From the sequence record SRR20825019_768: 52,610 bases of DNA. One strand, given 5' to 3'. The stretch's first letter is position 1; every line of letters starts with the position of its first letter. The position numbers were made by a program, and so were the translations under genes. A model generated the notes under the pieces. That model did no database searches. It was not told where the DNA came from and saw nothing but the letters and a program-made list of their open reading frames with translations. Of the stretch, positions 40,689 to 51,227 are shown in pieces.

Positions 40689-41906
40689 TTAACGTTTCTT
40701 TTTGCCGGCGATTTTAAGACGCAGTGCATTCAGTTTGATGAAGCCTTCAGCATCTTTCTGATCATATGCCCCGGCATCATCTTCAAAGGTCGCAATTGAT
40801 TCATCAAACAGACTGTCTGTTTCAGACGCACGGCCGACGACGATGACATTGCCTTTATAAAGCTTGACTCTGACAACACCGTTAACGGTTTTCTGTGACT
40901 CATCAATCATCGCCTGCATCATGACGCGTTCCGGCGCCCACCAGTAACCGTTGTAGATCATCTGGGCATAGCGCGGCATCAATTCGTCTTTCAGGTGAGC
41001 GACTTCACGATCCAGGGTTAAAGATTCAATCGCACGGTGCGCTCTCAACATCACCGTACCAGCCGGCGTTTCATAGCAGCCGCGTGACTTCATACCAACG
41101 TAGCGGTTTTCGACGATGTCGAGACGACCAATGCCGTTATCACCAGCTACTTTGTTCAGATAGCTCATGACCGTTGCCGGTGTCATTCTCTCGCCATTGA
41201 TAGCAACGATATCGCCCTGCTCGTAGCTCAGTTCCAGATAGGTTGGTTCATCCGGCGCATTTTCCGGTGACACTGACCAGCGCCACATGGATTCTTCAGC
41301 TTCTGCCCATGGGTCCTCAAGAATGCCGCCTTCATAGGAAATATGCAGCAGATTGGCGTCCATGGAGTATGGCGATTTTTTGCCCTGCTTCATTTCTACC
41401 GGAATACCATGCTGTTCTGCATAATCCAGCAGTTTCTGGCGTGACAGCAGATCCCACTCACGCCATGGCGCGATGACTTTGATGTTCGGGTTCAGTGCAT
41501 AAGCACCCAGTTCGAAACGAACCTGATCATTACCTTTACCAGTTGCACCATGAGCAACCGCCTCAGCCCCCGTCTCATTGGCAATCTCAATCAGACGCTT
41601 GGCAATCAACGGACGGGCAATCGAGGTGCCCAGCAAATACTCGCCTTCATAGATGGCATTGGCGCGGAACATCGGGAACACATAATCACGGGCGAACTCT
41701 TCACGCAGGTCTTCGATAAAGATTTCTTTGATGCCCAGCGCTTTTGCTTTGGCCCGGGCCGGTTCGACTTCTTCACCCTGTCCCAGATCGGCAGTAAAGG
41801 TCACCACCTCGGCGTCATATTTATCCTGCAGCCATTTCAAAATAACTGAAGTATCGAGACCTCCTGAGTAGGCCAGCACGACTTTATTAATCTTAGACAT
41901 GGGCAA
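40689..41906 (-). CDS. argG: Argininosuccinate synthase
   Basis: [53 protein letters not shown]. Confidence 0.98.
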   Translation of the reverse strand: MPMSKINKVVLAYSGGLDTSVILKWLQDKYDAEVVTFTADLGQGEEVEPARAKAKALGIKEIFIEDLREEFARDYVFPMFRANAIYEGEYLLGTSIARPLIAKRLIEIANETGAEAVAHGATGKGNDQVRFELGAYALNPNIKVIAPWREWDLLSRQKLLDYAEQHGIPVEMKQGKKSPYSMDANLLHISYEGGILEDPWAEAEESMWRWSVSPENAPDEPTYLELSYEQGDIVAINGERMTPATVMSYLNKVAGDNGIGRLDIVENRYVGMKSRGCYETPAGTVMLRAHRAIESLTLDREVAHLKDELMPRYAQMIYNGYWWAPERVMMQAMIDESQKTVNGVVRVKLYKGNVIVVGRASETDSLFDESIATFEDDAGAYDQKDAEGFIKLNALRLKIAGKKKR

Positions 41907-42007
41907 AAATGTTTCCTGTAAATTGAGGCCCGGTGACCCTGATCCTGTTACATCAGTTAGCGGCCAACCGGCGCGTTTCTTGAATCAAAAAATGAGGTGT
42001 TATTGTA

Positions 42008-42808
42008 TCAAAGTCCCCTGAGGGCAAGCACTTCTTTGACGGCCTGTCGCTCATTGCCTTTGCAACTGATGAGACGTGGCGCCTCGAGAAATCGGAGACG
42101 AAAGCCTAACTGGCGGTAGAGCTTCAGAATGCGATCGGTGGCCTGATTGGATAACACCACCGGTCCTGGATGGCGGCTCAGCCACTCAGCCAGTCTTTCC
42201 TGATCATCCCATTCAAAACCCTGCTGAGAATACTGGCGAAACGGTGTGTCATAGGGCGGGTCAGCGTAGATGAAATCCTCATCAGCGACAGCAAGCTGCT
42301 CAAAGTCGACATTACTGAACTGCCACTGCGACAACACCGGCTGATAATGACTGAAGTCATCCTGGTAATTAATCGTTTTGTAGCGCCCGAACGGGACGTT
42401 GTAGCCGCCCTTTTTGTTAAAACGACACAGGCCGTTATAACCGGTTCGGTTCAGATAATAAAACAGCTGCGCCGCCATCAGTCTGGAAGCCGGATCACCG
42501 TTGAGACGATTAAAGGTCTCACGGCTTTTGTAATAGACCTGCTCGTTATTGACCATCTCGATATCGATAGTCAGCCCCTGCTTGAGGTGCTCGTAAAAAT
42601 TGATCAGCGCAGGATTAAGATCATTGAGCAGCGCCCGGTCCGGATTTAAACCCAGCGCCACCGACAAGCCGCCACAAAAAGGCTCGACCAGACGCCGGTG
42701 CTGATGCTGACGCCAGTACCGGTGCAGATACTGGATCAACCAGCGTTTGCCACCGGCCCACTTAAGCGGCGGTTTTAAAACTTGAGATTGTTTCGCGTTG
42801 ACGGCCAT
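42008..42808 (-). CDS. Dam-family (D12 class) DNA adenine methyltransferase, orphan
   Basis: LKWAGGK, EPFCGG (motif I), YLNRTGYNGLCRFN..G.YNVPFG, catalytic YADPPY. Confidence 0.92.
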   Translation of the reverse strand: MAVNAKQSQVLKPPLKWAGGKRWLIQYLHRYWRQHQHRRLVEPFCGGLSVALGLNPDRALLNDLNPALINFYEHLKQGLTIDIEMVNNEQVYYKSRETFNRLNGDPASRLMAAQLFYYLNRTGYNGLCRFNKKGGYNVPFGRYKTINYQDDFSHYQPVLSQWQFSNVDFEQLAVADEDFIYADPPYDTPFRQYSQQGFEWDDQERLAEWLSRHPGPVVLSNQATDRILKLYRQLGFRLRFLEAPRLISCKGNERQAVKEVLALRGL

Positions 42809-42829
42809 GGCTTAAAGAAACTATCACAC

Positions 42830-42874
42830 AAAAAAGGGGCATGCTCACGTCCGGCGCAGGCATGCCCCCTTTTT
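42830..42874. terminator. Intrinsic terminator after lpdA
   Basis: AAAAAAGGGGCATGC...GCATGCCCCCTTTTT. Confidence 0.85.
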
Positions 42875-42908
42875 CATTCAGACTGGCACAGGCCAGTAAC
42901 CCAGCGCA

Positions 42909-44681
42909 TTACTTGGAATGCAGCGTTTTACGCGGCGGCATCAAATCAGTGATGCTGCCTTCTGCCATTTCTGCGGCAAAACACAGGGTTTCCGACAGGG
43001 TCGGATGCGGGTGAATTGTCAGACCGATATCTTCGGCATCCGCACCCATCTCCAGTGCCAGTGTGGCTTCAGCAATCAGCTCACCGGCATTAGGACCGAC
43101 GATGCCGGCACCGATCAGGCGGCCGCTGTCTTTCTCGAACAGGGCTTTGGTCAGCCCTTCATCACGCCCCAGACTCAGGCTACGGCCACTGGCAGCCCAC
43201 GGGAAAGCGCCTTTGACGTAATCAATACCCTGTTTCTTGGCTTCGTCTTCACTCAGACCCATCCAGGCAACTTCCGGATCGGTATACGCCACGGACGGAA
43301 TGGTCATCGGTTCAAATACCGATTTATGACCAGCAATCACTTCTGCCGCGACTTTGCCTTCATGGGTGGCTTTGTGTGCCAGCATCGGTTGACCGACGAT
43401 ATCGCCAATAGCAAAGATATGCGACACATTGGTACGCATCTGACCATCGGTGGCAATAAAGCCCCAGTCATCAACGGCAACACCCGCGGCTTCCGCGTTG
43501 ATCAGCTTGCCGTTAGGGGTACGACCGACTGCCACCAGAATCTTGTCGAAAGTATCTTCTTCAGGCGCATCTTTGCCTTCAAATTTAACTTTCAAGCCTT
43601 TTTTCAGTGGTTCGATGTTCGCTACTTTGGTACTCAGGTAAATATTTTCGTATTTATCCTGCACCCTTTTAAGCAACGGTTTGACGATGTCTTTATCGGC
43701 CCCCGGAATCAGGCTGTCCTGCATTTCCACGACCGTAATTTTTGAACCCAGCGCATCGTAAACGGTGGCCATTTCCATACCGATAATGCCACCGCCGATA
43801 ACCAATAATCTTTCAGGCACATCTTCCAGTTCCAGCGCATCGGTGGAATCCATCATCCGTGGATCATCATGCGGGAATACCGGGATCTTGGTGACACGGG
43901 AGCCTGCGGCAATAATGCAATTATCGAACGAGATGGTCTGGGTACCGTCTTTGCCCTCGACCTGCAGTGTGTTCGGGCTGGTAAAGCTGCCCTCACCATG
44001 AACAATACTGACTTTACGTTGCTTGGCCAGGCCCTGCAGACCGCCGGTCAACTGTTTAACCACGCCGTCTTTCCAGCCGGCCAGTTCACGCAGATCGATT
44101 TCAGGTTTGCCAAACTTCACGCCATGGCCGCCCATTTCATCGGCTTCATTAATGATTTGCGCGGTATGCAGCAGCGCTTTGGATGGAATACAGCCGACAT
44201 TCAGGCAGACACCACCAATACGCTGATGACGTTCAACCATGACCACTTTTTTACCCAGGTCAGCAGCACGGAAAGCGGCAGTATAACCACCGGGGCCCGA
44301 GCCCAGTATCAGGACTTCGGCATGCATATCGGCATCACCGGCCGGTGCAGCCGCCGGTCTTGGTGTCGGCTTCGACTCAGCTTGTGTCTCTGCTTTGCTC
44401 TCTTGTTTGGATTCGCTCTTTTCTTCAGCAGGCTGTTCCGCTTCGGCGACTTCCAGAGTCAGGATGACATCACCTTCACTGACTTTGTCACCGACACTGA
44501 CTTTCAGGCTGGCAACCTTGCCACTGGCAGTGGATGGAATTTCCATCGCCGCCTTATCAGATTCCAGGGTAATGATGTCCTGATTTTCGCTGACTTCTTC
44601 GCCTTCACTGACCAGTACTTCAATAATTTCAACGGTGTCGAAATCACCAATATCGGGGACTTTAACCTCGATCATACTCAT
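42909..44681 (-). CDS. lpdA: Dihydrolipoyl dehydrogenase (E3) with an N-terminal lipoyl domain
   Basis: N-terminal VPDIGD...LESDKA lipoyl domain; GSGPGG, GGVCLNVGCIPSK, HPHPTLSE. Confidence 0.97.
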   Translation of the reverse strand: MSMIEVKVPDIGDFDTVEIIEVLVSEGEEVSENQDIITLESDKAAMEIPSTASGKVASLKVSVGDKVSEGDVILTLEVAEAEQPAEEKSESKQESKAETQAESKPTPRPAAAPAGDADMHAEVLILGSGPGGYTAAFRAADLGKKVVMVERHQRIGGVCLNVGCIPSKALLHTAQIINEADEMGGHGVKFGKPEIDLRELAGWKDGVVKQLTGGLQGLAKQRKVSIVHGEGSFTSPNTLQVEGKDGTQTISFDNCIIAAGSRVTKIPVFPHDDPRMMDSTDALELEDVPERLLVIGGGIIGMEMATVYDALGSKITVVEMQDSLIPGADKDIVKPLLKRVQDKYENIYLSTKVANIEPLKKGLKVKFEGKDAPEEDTFDKILVAVGRTPNGKLINAEAAGVAVDDWGFIATDGQMRTNVSHIFAIGDIVGQPMLAHKATHEGKVAAEVIAGHKSVFEPMTIPSVAYTDPEVAWMGLSEDEAKKQGIDYVKGAFPWAASGRSLSLGRDEGLTKALFEKDSGRLIGAGIVGPNAGELIAEATLALEMGADAEDIGLTIHPHPTLSETLCFAAEMAEGSITDLMPPRKTLHSK

Positions 44682-46024
44682 AGTAATACCTTCCGGATAT
44701 CTGACAACATCTGGCTCAACATCACCGTAAAGCGAGCGCCGGCAGCGCCGTCAACTACACGATGGTCGTAAGAGATGGATAATGGCAGCATCAGACGCGG
44801 CTCAAACTCTTTACCGTTCCAGAACGGTTTCATGCTGTGACGACTGACGCCCAGAATCGCGACTTCCGGAGCATTAATGATTGGTGTAAAGAACTGACCA
44901 CCGATGCCGCCCAGGCTGGAAATCGAGAAGGTACCACCCTGCATGTCTTTGGCGCTCAGTGCGCCCTCACGGGCACGCTGACTGATATCACCCAGTTCAC
45001 CCGCCAGTTCCAGGAAGCCTTTCTTGTCGACATCCTTAATGACCGGCACCATTAGGCCATTGGGTGTATCCACAGCGACACCGATGTTGTAGTACTCCTT
45101 CAGAATCAGGCTTTCTTTATCCTCACTCAGCGAAGCATTGAACTCGGGATAGGCTTTCAAACAGGCAACAACGGCTTTCATAATAAAGACCAGCGGCGTC
45201 AGGTTGACACCACGGTCTTTCGCCATTTGTTTGTTTCCCTGACGGAATTCTTCCAGTTCCGTGATATCGGCCTCGTCGAACTGCGTCACGTGTGGAATAT
45301 TCAACCAGCAGGCATGCAGATGCTTACCGGAGATCTTCTTAATACGTGACAATTCCTGAGTTTCGATATCGCCGAACTGTTCGAAGTTGACCGTCGGTAC
45401 CGGTGGAATCGCGCTACCTGACTGGGCGGGTGCCGCAGCCGGTTGAGTCAAGGCATTCTTGACGTAGCTCTGCACGTCTTCCTTAGTGATACGACCTTTA
45501 GGACCGCTACCGGTCACCGAGGTCAGTACCACACCCAGTTCGCGGGCAAAACGTCGAACTGAGGGTGAGGCATGTGCACGACGAATACCGGATTTATTAT
45601 CCGGTGCGTAGGGAATCGGCTCTTTCAGCTGTGGTTCCTGAGAGACACTTCCTGCTTCAGCCGTGGTTGGTGCTGGCGCTTCTTCCTGTTTGGGTGCTTC
45701 GGTTTTGGCAGGTTCCGCGGGTTTTTCTTCTGCTTTAGGGGCTTCAGCCGCTTTTTCTTCCTGCTTGTCTTCAGCACCACCGTCAGCCGCTTCAACCAGT
45801 GCAATTACAGTGCCTTCGCTGACTCTGTCACCGACAGCCACTTTCATTTCCTTGATCACCCCACCCTTATCGGCCGGGATTTCCATCATCGCCTTATCGG
45901 ACTCGACTGTGATGACTTCCTGATTGGCGTCAATGCTGTCACCTTCAGCAACCAGCACTTCAATGATTTCAACGTCATCGAAGTCACCAATATCGGGTAC
46001 TTTAATTTCAATCAAATCTGCCAT
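44678..46024 (-). CDS. aceF: Pyruvate dehydrogenase E2 (dihydrolipoamide acetyltransferase), single lipoyl domain
   Basis: VESDKA lipoyl site, HASPSVRR.ARE E3-binding domain, SYDHRVVDGA. Confidence 0.97.
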   Translation of the reverse strand: MADLIEIKVPDIGDFDDVEIIEVLVAEGDSIDANQEVITVESDKAMMEIPADKGGVIKEMKVAVGDRVSEGTVIALVEAADGGAEDKQEEKAAEAPKAEEKPAEPAKTEAPKQEEAPAPTTAEAGSVSQEPQLKEPIPYAPDNKSGIRRAHASPSVRRFARELGVVLTSVTGSGPKGRITKEDVQSYVKNALTQPAAAPAQSGSAIPPVPTVNFEQFGDIETQELSRIKKISGKHLHACWLNIPHVTQFDEADITELEEFRQGNKQMAKDRGVNLTPLVFIMKAVVACLKAYPEFNASLSEDKESLILKEYYNIGVAVDTPNGLMVPVIKDVDKKGFLELAGELGDISQRAREGALSAKDMQGGTFSISSLGGIGGQFFTPIINAPEVAILGVSRHSMKPFWNGKEFEPRLMLPLSISYDHRVVDGAAGARFTVMLSQMLSDIRKVLL

Positions 46025-46027
46025 TGT

Positions 46028-48682
46028 TTATGCCTTAACCGGGTTCACTGAATCAGCGTTAATGTCATACTTTTTGATCGCATCAGCGACAACTTCAGGC
46101 TTGATTTCGCCCTGGTCCGCCAATGTGCTCAACGTAGCCACAACAACATGGTAACGGTCGACTTCGAAGAAACTACGCAGTTTCTCACGGGTATCACTGC
46201 GGCCGAAACCGTCAGTACCCAGCACTGTGTATGGTGCTTTGATCCAGGGTCGAATCTGGTCGGCGTAAATGCGGATGTAATCCGTGGCAGCTACGACCAC
46301 ACCTGGCTCATCATCAAGGCACTCAGACACATAACTGCGTTTCTTATCCGCACCCGGATGCAGACGGTTGTAGCGATCCACTTCCTGACCGTTACGGGTC
46401 AGTTCGTTGATACTGGTTGCACTCCAGACGGTGGAAGCGACTTTCCAGTCTTTTTCCAGCAGTTCAGCCGCCGCTTCAACTTCACGCAGGATAGTGCCAC
46501 TGCCCAGTAATTGTGCTTTAAGCTTATGCTTACCGCCCTGTTTGAGCTTGTAAAGGCCTTTGATGATGCCTTCTTCAGCCCCTTTCGGCATTTCAGGATG
46601 CTGATAGTTTTCGTTCATCGCGGTGATGTAATAGAAAACATTTTCCTGTTTTTCGTACATCCGCTTCATGCCGTTATGCACGATGACCGCCATTTCATAG
46701 GCATAAGTCGGGTCATAGCTGACACAGTTAGGAATCGCATTGGCCATCAGCAGGTTATGACCGTCCTGATGCTGCAAACCTTCACCATTCAGCGTGGTAC
46801 GACCGGCAGTACCACCAATCAGGAAGCCCTTGGCCTGCATATCACCGGCCAGCCACCAGAGGTCACCGACGCGTTGATAGCCGAACATGGAATAGTAAAT
46901 GTAGAACGGCACCATGTTGACGCCATAGCTGGCATACGCCGTTGCTGCAGATACCCACTCGGCCATGGAACCGGCTTCGTTAATGCCCTCTTCCAGGATC
47001 TGACCTTTGGTATCTTCGCGGTACCACATGACCTTACCGGAATCTTCAGGCTCGTAACGCTGACCGGAAGACGAATAGATACCAATAGAACGGAACAGAC
47101 CTTCCATACCGAAGGTACGGGCTTCGTCAGGCACGATCGGGACAATGTTCTTACCGATTTTCTTATCGCGGATTAGCGCAGTCAGCACCCGGACAAAGGC
47201 CATGGTGGTGGAGAGTTCGCGATCGCCACTGGATTTCAGTACAGCATCAAAAGTTTTCAGCTCAGGAATTTCCAATGCTGGTGCGTCGTGATTACGCTTA
47301 GGCAGGAAACCGCCCAGTTCTTCACGACGTTGCATGAGATATTTTTTCTCAGGGCTGTCATCTTTGAGCTTGATGAACGGAATTTCGTCAATATCCTCAT
47401 CCGAAACCGGAATGTTGAAACGGTCACGGAAACGCTTCATCTGCTCGATTTCGAGTTTCTTTTGCTGGTGCGTCGTGTTCTGACCTTCACCCGCTTCACC
47501 CATGCCGTAACCCTTAACGGTTTTAGCCAGAATCACGGTCGGCTGACCCTGATGCTCGACAGCGCGTTTGTAGGCTGCATAGATCTTGCGAGGATCGTGG
47601 CCACCACGAGACAGGTGCCAGATATCCTCATCGGTCATATCGGAAACCATTTCCAGCAGTTCCGGATATTTACCGAAGAAATGCTTACGCACATAGGCGC
47701 CGTCTTTGGCTTTGTAGTTCTGGTATTCACCGTCAACCACTTCTTCCATGCGCTTGAGCAGCAGGCCTTTGGTGTCACGAGCCAGCAACTGATCCCAGCC
47801 ACTGCCCCAAATCACTTTAATGACATTCCAGCCGGCACCACGGAACAGCGCTTCCAGTTCCTGAATGATTTTGCCGTTACCACGAACCGGGCCATCAAGA
47901 CGCTGCAGGTTACAGTTAACAACATAAATCAGGTTGTCGAGTTTTTCACGACCGGCCAGGGTAATTGCACCCAATGATTCCGGCTCGTCCATTTCACCGT
48001 CACCCAGATAAGCCCAGACATGACGGCCTTCGGTCGCGACGATTTCACGGTGCTGCATGTATTTCATGAAGCGTGCCTGATAGATGGCCAGAATCGGCCC
48101 CAGGCCCATTGATACGGTCGGGAACTGCCAGTAATCCGGCATTAACCATGGGTGAGGATAAGAAGACAGACCTTTGCCATCGACTTCAAAACGGAAATTT
48201 TCCAGTTGCTCTTCGGTCAGGCGACCTTCGAGGAATGAGCGGGCATAAATGCCGGGTGCCGAGTGTCCCTGGAAAAAGACCATATCGGAACCATTGCCGT
48301 ATTCGTCGCCCTTGAAGAAGTGGTTAAAGCCCACGTCATAGAGGGTGGCAGCAGATGAGAAGCTGGCAATATGACCACCGACTGATCCCGGTTTCATATT
48401 GGCTTTCACCACCATCGCCATTGCGTTCCAGCGGATATACGATCTTAATTTATGTTCCATCGCCTGATCGCCAGGGATGCGTTCTTGCTGATCGACCGGA
48501 ATCGAATTGACGTAGGCGGTGTTGGCGCTGTACGGCAGGTTGATGCCGGTGCGGCGTGCCATATCAATCAGTTTTTCGATGATATAGTGCGCTTTTTCGT
48601 CACCACCGGCCTCAATCACAGACTCGAGTGCATCAAGCCATTCCTGAGTTTCCTGTGGATCGTGATCGACAAAATCAGTCAT
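46028..48682 (-). CDS. aceE: Pyruvate dehydrogenase E1 (homodimeric type)
   Basis: D.DPQETQEW, GLSSYPHP, FPTVSMGLG, GDGEMDEPES TPP motif, GEGLQHQDG. Confidence 0.98.
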   Translation of the reverse strand: MTDFVDHDPQETQEWLDALESVIEAGGDEKAHYIIEKLIDMARRTGINLPYSANTAYVNSIPVDQQERIPGDQAMEHKLRSYIRWNAMAMVVKANMKPGSVGGHIASFSSAATLYDVGFNHFFKGDEYGNGSDMVFFQGHSAPGIYARSFLEGRLTEEQLENFRFEVDGKGLSSYPHPWLMPDYWQFPTVSMGLGPILAIYQARFMKYMQHREIVATEGRHVWAYLGDGEMDEPESLGAITLAGREKLDNLIYVVNCNLQRLDGPVRGNGKIIQELEALFRGAGWNVIKVIWGSGWDQLLARDTKGLLLKRMEEVVDGEYQNYKAKDGAYVRKHFFGKYPELLEMVSDMTDEDIWHLSRGGHDPRKIYAAYKRAVEHQGQPTVILAKTVKGYGMGEAGEGQNTTHQQKKLEIEQMKRFRDRFNIPVSDEDIDEIPFIKLKDDSPEKKYLMQRREELGGFLPKRNHDAPALEIPELKTFDAVLKSSGDRELSTTMAFVRVLTALIRDKKIGKNIVPIVPDEARTFGMEGLFRSIGIYSSSGQRYEPEDSGKVMWYREDTKGQILEEGINEAGSMAEWVSAATAYASYGVNMVPFYIYYSMFGYQRVGDLWWLAGDMQAKGFLIGGTAGRTTLNGEGLQHQDGHNLLMANAIPNCVSYDPTYAYEMAVIVHNGMKRMYEKQENVFYYITAMNENYQHPEMPKGAEEGIIKGLYKLKQGGKHKLKAQLLGSGTILREVEAAAELLEKDWKVASTVWSATSINELTRNGQEVDRYNRLHPGADKKRSYVSECLDDEPGVVVAATDYIRIYADQIRPWIKAPYTVLGTDGFGRSDTREKLRSFFEVDRYHVVVATLSTLADQGEIKPEVVADAIKKYDINADSVNPVKA

Positions 48683-48947
48683 AAATACCTTCTTTAATCA
48701 TTACGCGATGAGTATCAGCGGCACATTGTAACAGTTTTTGCTCGAAATCATCTCCACAACACCCCACCTGCGGCAGCTGAACGGCGGTGATATTTAAGAA
48801 AAATCTTTACTGGCAAATATTTACCAAACAAAAGCGATTCTCAACAACGCTTAAATTTATTGAGATTTTTTACTGTTATAAGCAACGATGCTTATTTAAG
48901 GAATTCGTCATGCTTCCAGACCTGAAAGCAGGTAATAAAATGGAATG

Positions 48948-49544
48948 TTACTGACGACTGGGCTGTTTCTGACGGGCAGCATGCAATAAACGCACACCCA
49001 GCAGTCCGGTCAGGACAATAATATAAATGACCGGTTCGCGTATATCGGCTTTAACCAGCATCAGAAAGTGCAGACAGGCTGCGGCGGCGACAAAATAAGT
49101 CAGTCTGTGCAGCTTCTTCCAGCGGCGGCCGCCCAGGCGTTTAACCATTTTGTTGGTGGAGGTCACGACCAGTGGCAACAAGGCAACAAAATTAATAAAA
49201 CCCACCGTGATAAAAGGCCGTTTAACAATATCGCGCCAAATTTCACTCCAGTCGAAGAACTGATCCAGACCGAGGTACAGCAGCATATGCACCGTTGCAT
49301 AGAAGAAGGCAAACAGACCCAACATCCGCCGGAAACGGACCAGTTGATTGAGTCCGGTCAACCAGCGCAGCGGAGTCACACAGAGAGTAATTAACAGGAA
49401 ACGTAATGCCCACAGTCCACTCAGGCGGGTAACAGTATCAATCGGGTTCGCCCCAAGCTGATGGCTGAAAAAACCCCACAGCATGAAGAAGAACGGATAA
49501 AGACAGACCAGGAACAACAGCACCTTGAAGTGACTGAGTTTCAC
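48948..49544 (-). CDS. msrQ: Heme-binding membrane subunit of the periplasmic methionine sulfoxide reductase
   Basis: LGANP, G.WALRFL..TL..TP, RRMLGLFAFFYA..H, KRPFITVG, WKKLHRL.Y, LHF; start uncertain (GTG 49544 chosen; ORF track starts at 49619). Confidence 0.93.
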   Translation of the reverse strand: MKLSHFKVLLFLVCLYPFFFMLWGFFSHQLGANPIDTVTRLSGLWALRFLLITLCVTPLRWLTGLNQLVRFRRMLGLFAFFYATVHMLLYLGLDQFFDWSEIWRDIVKRPFITVGFINFVALLPLVVTSTNKMVKRLGGRRWKKLHRLTYFVAAAACLHFLMLVKADIREPVIYIIVLTGLLGVRLLHAARQKQPSRQ

Positions 49545-49563
49545 CCAACTGCTTTTGTCTCTG

Positions 49564-50523
49564 CTAGAAATAGCGTTTGAGGTCCATGCCTGAATAGAGT
49601 TCAGCAACATCATCACCATATCCGTTAAACATCAGCGTATCGCGTTTAAGAAACTCGCCGATACGACGCTCTTTACGCTGGCTCCAGCGCGGGTGATCAA
49701 CATCCGGGTTCACATTGGAATAAAAACCATACTCACTGGAATTGGCTTTGACCCAGGCAGTGTGTGGCATTTTCTCGACAAAGCGAATGCGGACAATCGA
49801 CTTGATGCTTTTGAAACCATACTTCCAGGGCACCACCAATCTGATGGGTGCGCCATTCTGGCCCAGTAATTCCTTGCCGTAGAGCCCCACTGACAAAATG
49901 GTCAAAGGATGCATCGCCTCATCAATGCGAAGCCCTTCCACATAAGGCCACTCAAGTACTTCACGACGCTGCCCCGGCATTTGCTCCGGGTCGTAAAGGG
50001 TGGTGAATTCAACATACTTGGCCTTGGAAGTCGGCTTGGCCTGTTTCAACAGTTCCCCAAGCGGAAAGCCAATCCAGGGAATCACCATCGACCAGCCCTC
50101 AACACAGCGCATCCGGTAAATCCGCTCTTCCAGGGTGAATGGTTTGACCAACTCATCATAGTCAAAAACACCTGGATTCTCGCACTCCCCGTCTATTTCA
50201 ACCCGCCAGGGTTCAGATTCATCCGGGAACTCGGTCGCGTACAGTGAAGGAGCCTCTTTGCTGGTACCGAATTCATAGAAGTTGTTATAAGTCGTGATCG
50301 CTTCAAAAGTTGTTTTCTCCTCTTCAGTGGAGAACTGGCTTTTTTTCAGTGTCTCGTACACTTTGAGTTCATCAACAGGCTTAGCCAGGCTGATGGACGG
50401 CAAGGCGCTGGCCAGCCCCACCGAGATGGCTGTATTCAGAAACTGTCTGCGATTTTTATAGACCTGATAATCGGTCACCTCTGATTCAGGCAGGTCCCAG
50501 GATTTTTTGCGTTTGATGAACAT
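49564..50523 (-). CDS. msrP: Molybdopterin catalytic subunit of the periplasmic methionine sulfoxide reductase
   Basis: Tat motif [56 protein letters not shown]. Confidence 0.97.
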   Translation of the reverse strand: MFIKRKKSWDLPESEVTDYQVYKNRRQFLNTAISVGLASALPSISLAKPVDELKVYETLKKSQFSTEEEKTTFEAITTYNNFYEFGTSKEAPSLYATEFPDESEPWRVEIDGECENPGVFDYDELVKPFTLEERIYRMRCVEGWSMVIPWIGFPLGELLKQAKPTSKAKYVEFTTLYDPEQMPGQRREVLEWPYVEGLRIDEAMHPLTILSVGLYGKELLGQNGAPIRLVVPWKYGFKSIKSIVRIRFVEKMPHTAWVKANSSEYGFYSNVNPDVDHPRWSQRKERRIGEFLKRDTLMFNGYGDDVAELYSGMDLKRYF

Positions 50524-50532
50524 GTCGTTACC

Positions 50533-51153
50533 TCAGTTTTGCTGGCACTGGCGTGTAACCCAGTAATCGAGACTCAGATATTTACCGGCCCCGATAAAAA
50601 ATAATGTCAGCAGCATGACAAAATAAGTGGCAGCAAACTCAATGCCGTTATTAAGCACCACATAACTACCGGTTTCTGTCAGCCAGTTGTAATTGCCGTG
50701 CTCCTGCAATATGTTACGGGCCATTTCAAGTCGCTCCATCGCACCGTCAATGTTGTCGGCAGGGAAAGCGCTCATTTTGTCGTGAATGGCCTGCCAGCCG
50801 TTTTGCCAATGCACCGTGACCGCAGCGACTATCATCGTGACCATTAATGGAATGGCCATCCAGCGCACTGCCAGTCCCAGAATCAATGCAATGGCACCGA
50901 AATACTCTGCGCCCCAGGCGAGGTAGGCCATGACTTCCGGAAACGGCAAACCCAAGCCCCAGTCAGGGTTAGCAAACCAGTTAATGGTATTTTCCAGCGA
51001 GCTGTCAGCATCAAACGGATTCCATTTGTTGTTGGCAGCCACCCAGAAAACGGGCGCCAAATACAGTCTCAGTAACAGCGGAGCAAGAAAATCCACACTA
51101 CGTGTCTTATCCAGCAGATTTTTCAGGCTACAGCCCAGATTTGTCAGCGACAT
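50533..51153 (-). CDS. DoxX family membrane protein (HvfX-like)
   Basis: APLLLRLYLAPVFW.A...K, WF.NPDWGLGLPFP, TVHW.NGW, LNNGIEFAATY, GAGKY.SLD. Confidence 0.88.
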   Translation of the reverse strand: MSLTNLGCSLKNLLDKTRSVDFLAPLLLRLYLAPVFWVAANNKWNPFDADSSLENTINWFANPDWGLGLPFPEVMAYLAWGAEYFGAIALILGLAVRWMAIPLMVTMIVAAVTVHWQNGWQAIHDKMSAFPADNIDGAMERLEMARNILQEHGNYNWLTETGSYVVLNNGIEFAATYFVMLLTLFFIGAGKYLSLDYWVTRQCQQN

Positions 51154-51173
51154 TATGATGTTTCCTTATGAAA

Positions 51174-51201
51174 GGATAAGGGCTCATTTGAGCCCTTATC
51201 C
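51174..51201 (-). terminator. Strong intercistronic hairpin (partial terminator / mRNA stabiliser) after the peptide gene
   Basis: GGATAAGGGCTCA-TT-TGAGCCCTTATCC; on the minus strand it is followed by only TTT and then the AAGGA RBS of the DoxX gene. Confidence 0.75.
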
Positions 51202-51227
51202 GGTCCTTCAGATGCGGGCGTTACAAA

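Noticed and set aside
42918-47977. Long plus-strand ORFs (275, 300, 221 and 229 aa) opposite lpdA/aceF/aceE
   Set aside because: Typical antisense open frames produced by codon bias in highly expressed genes; no protein-like motifs
48728-48754. TGTAAC-N17-ATCT near aceE as a second ECF promoter
   Set aside because: Points away from aceE into the 3' end of msrQ, and the -10 element mismatches; a similar TGTAAC upstream of argG also lacks the GTCT element
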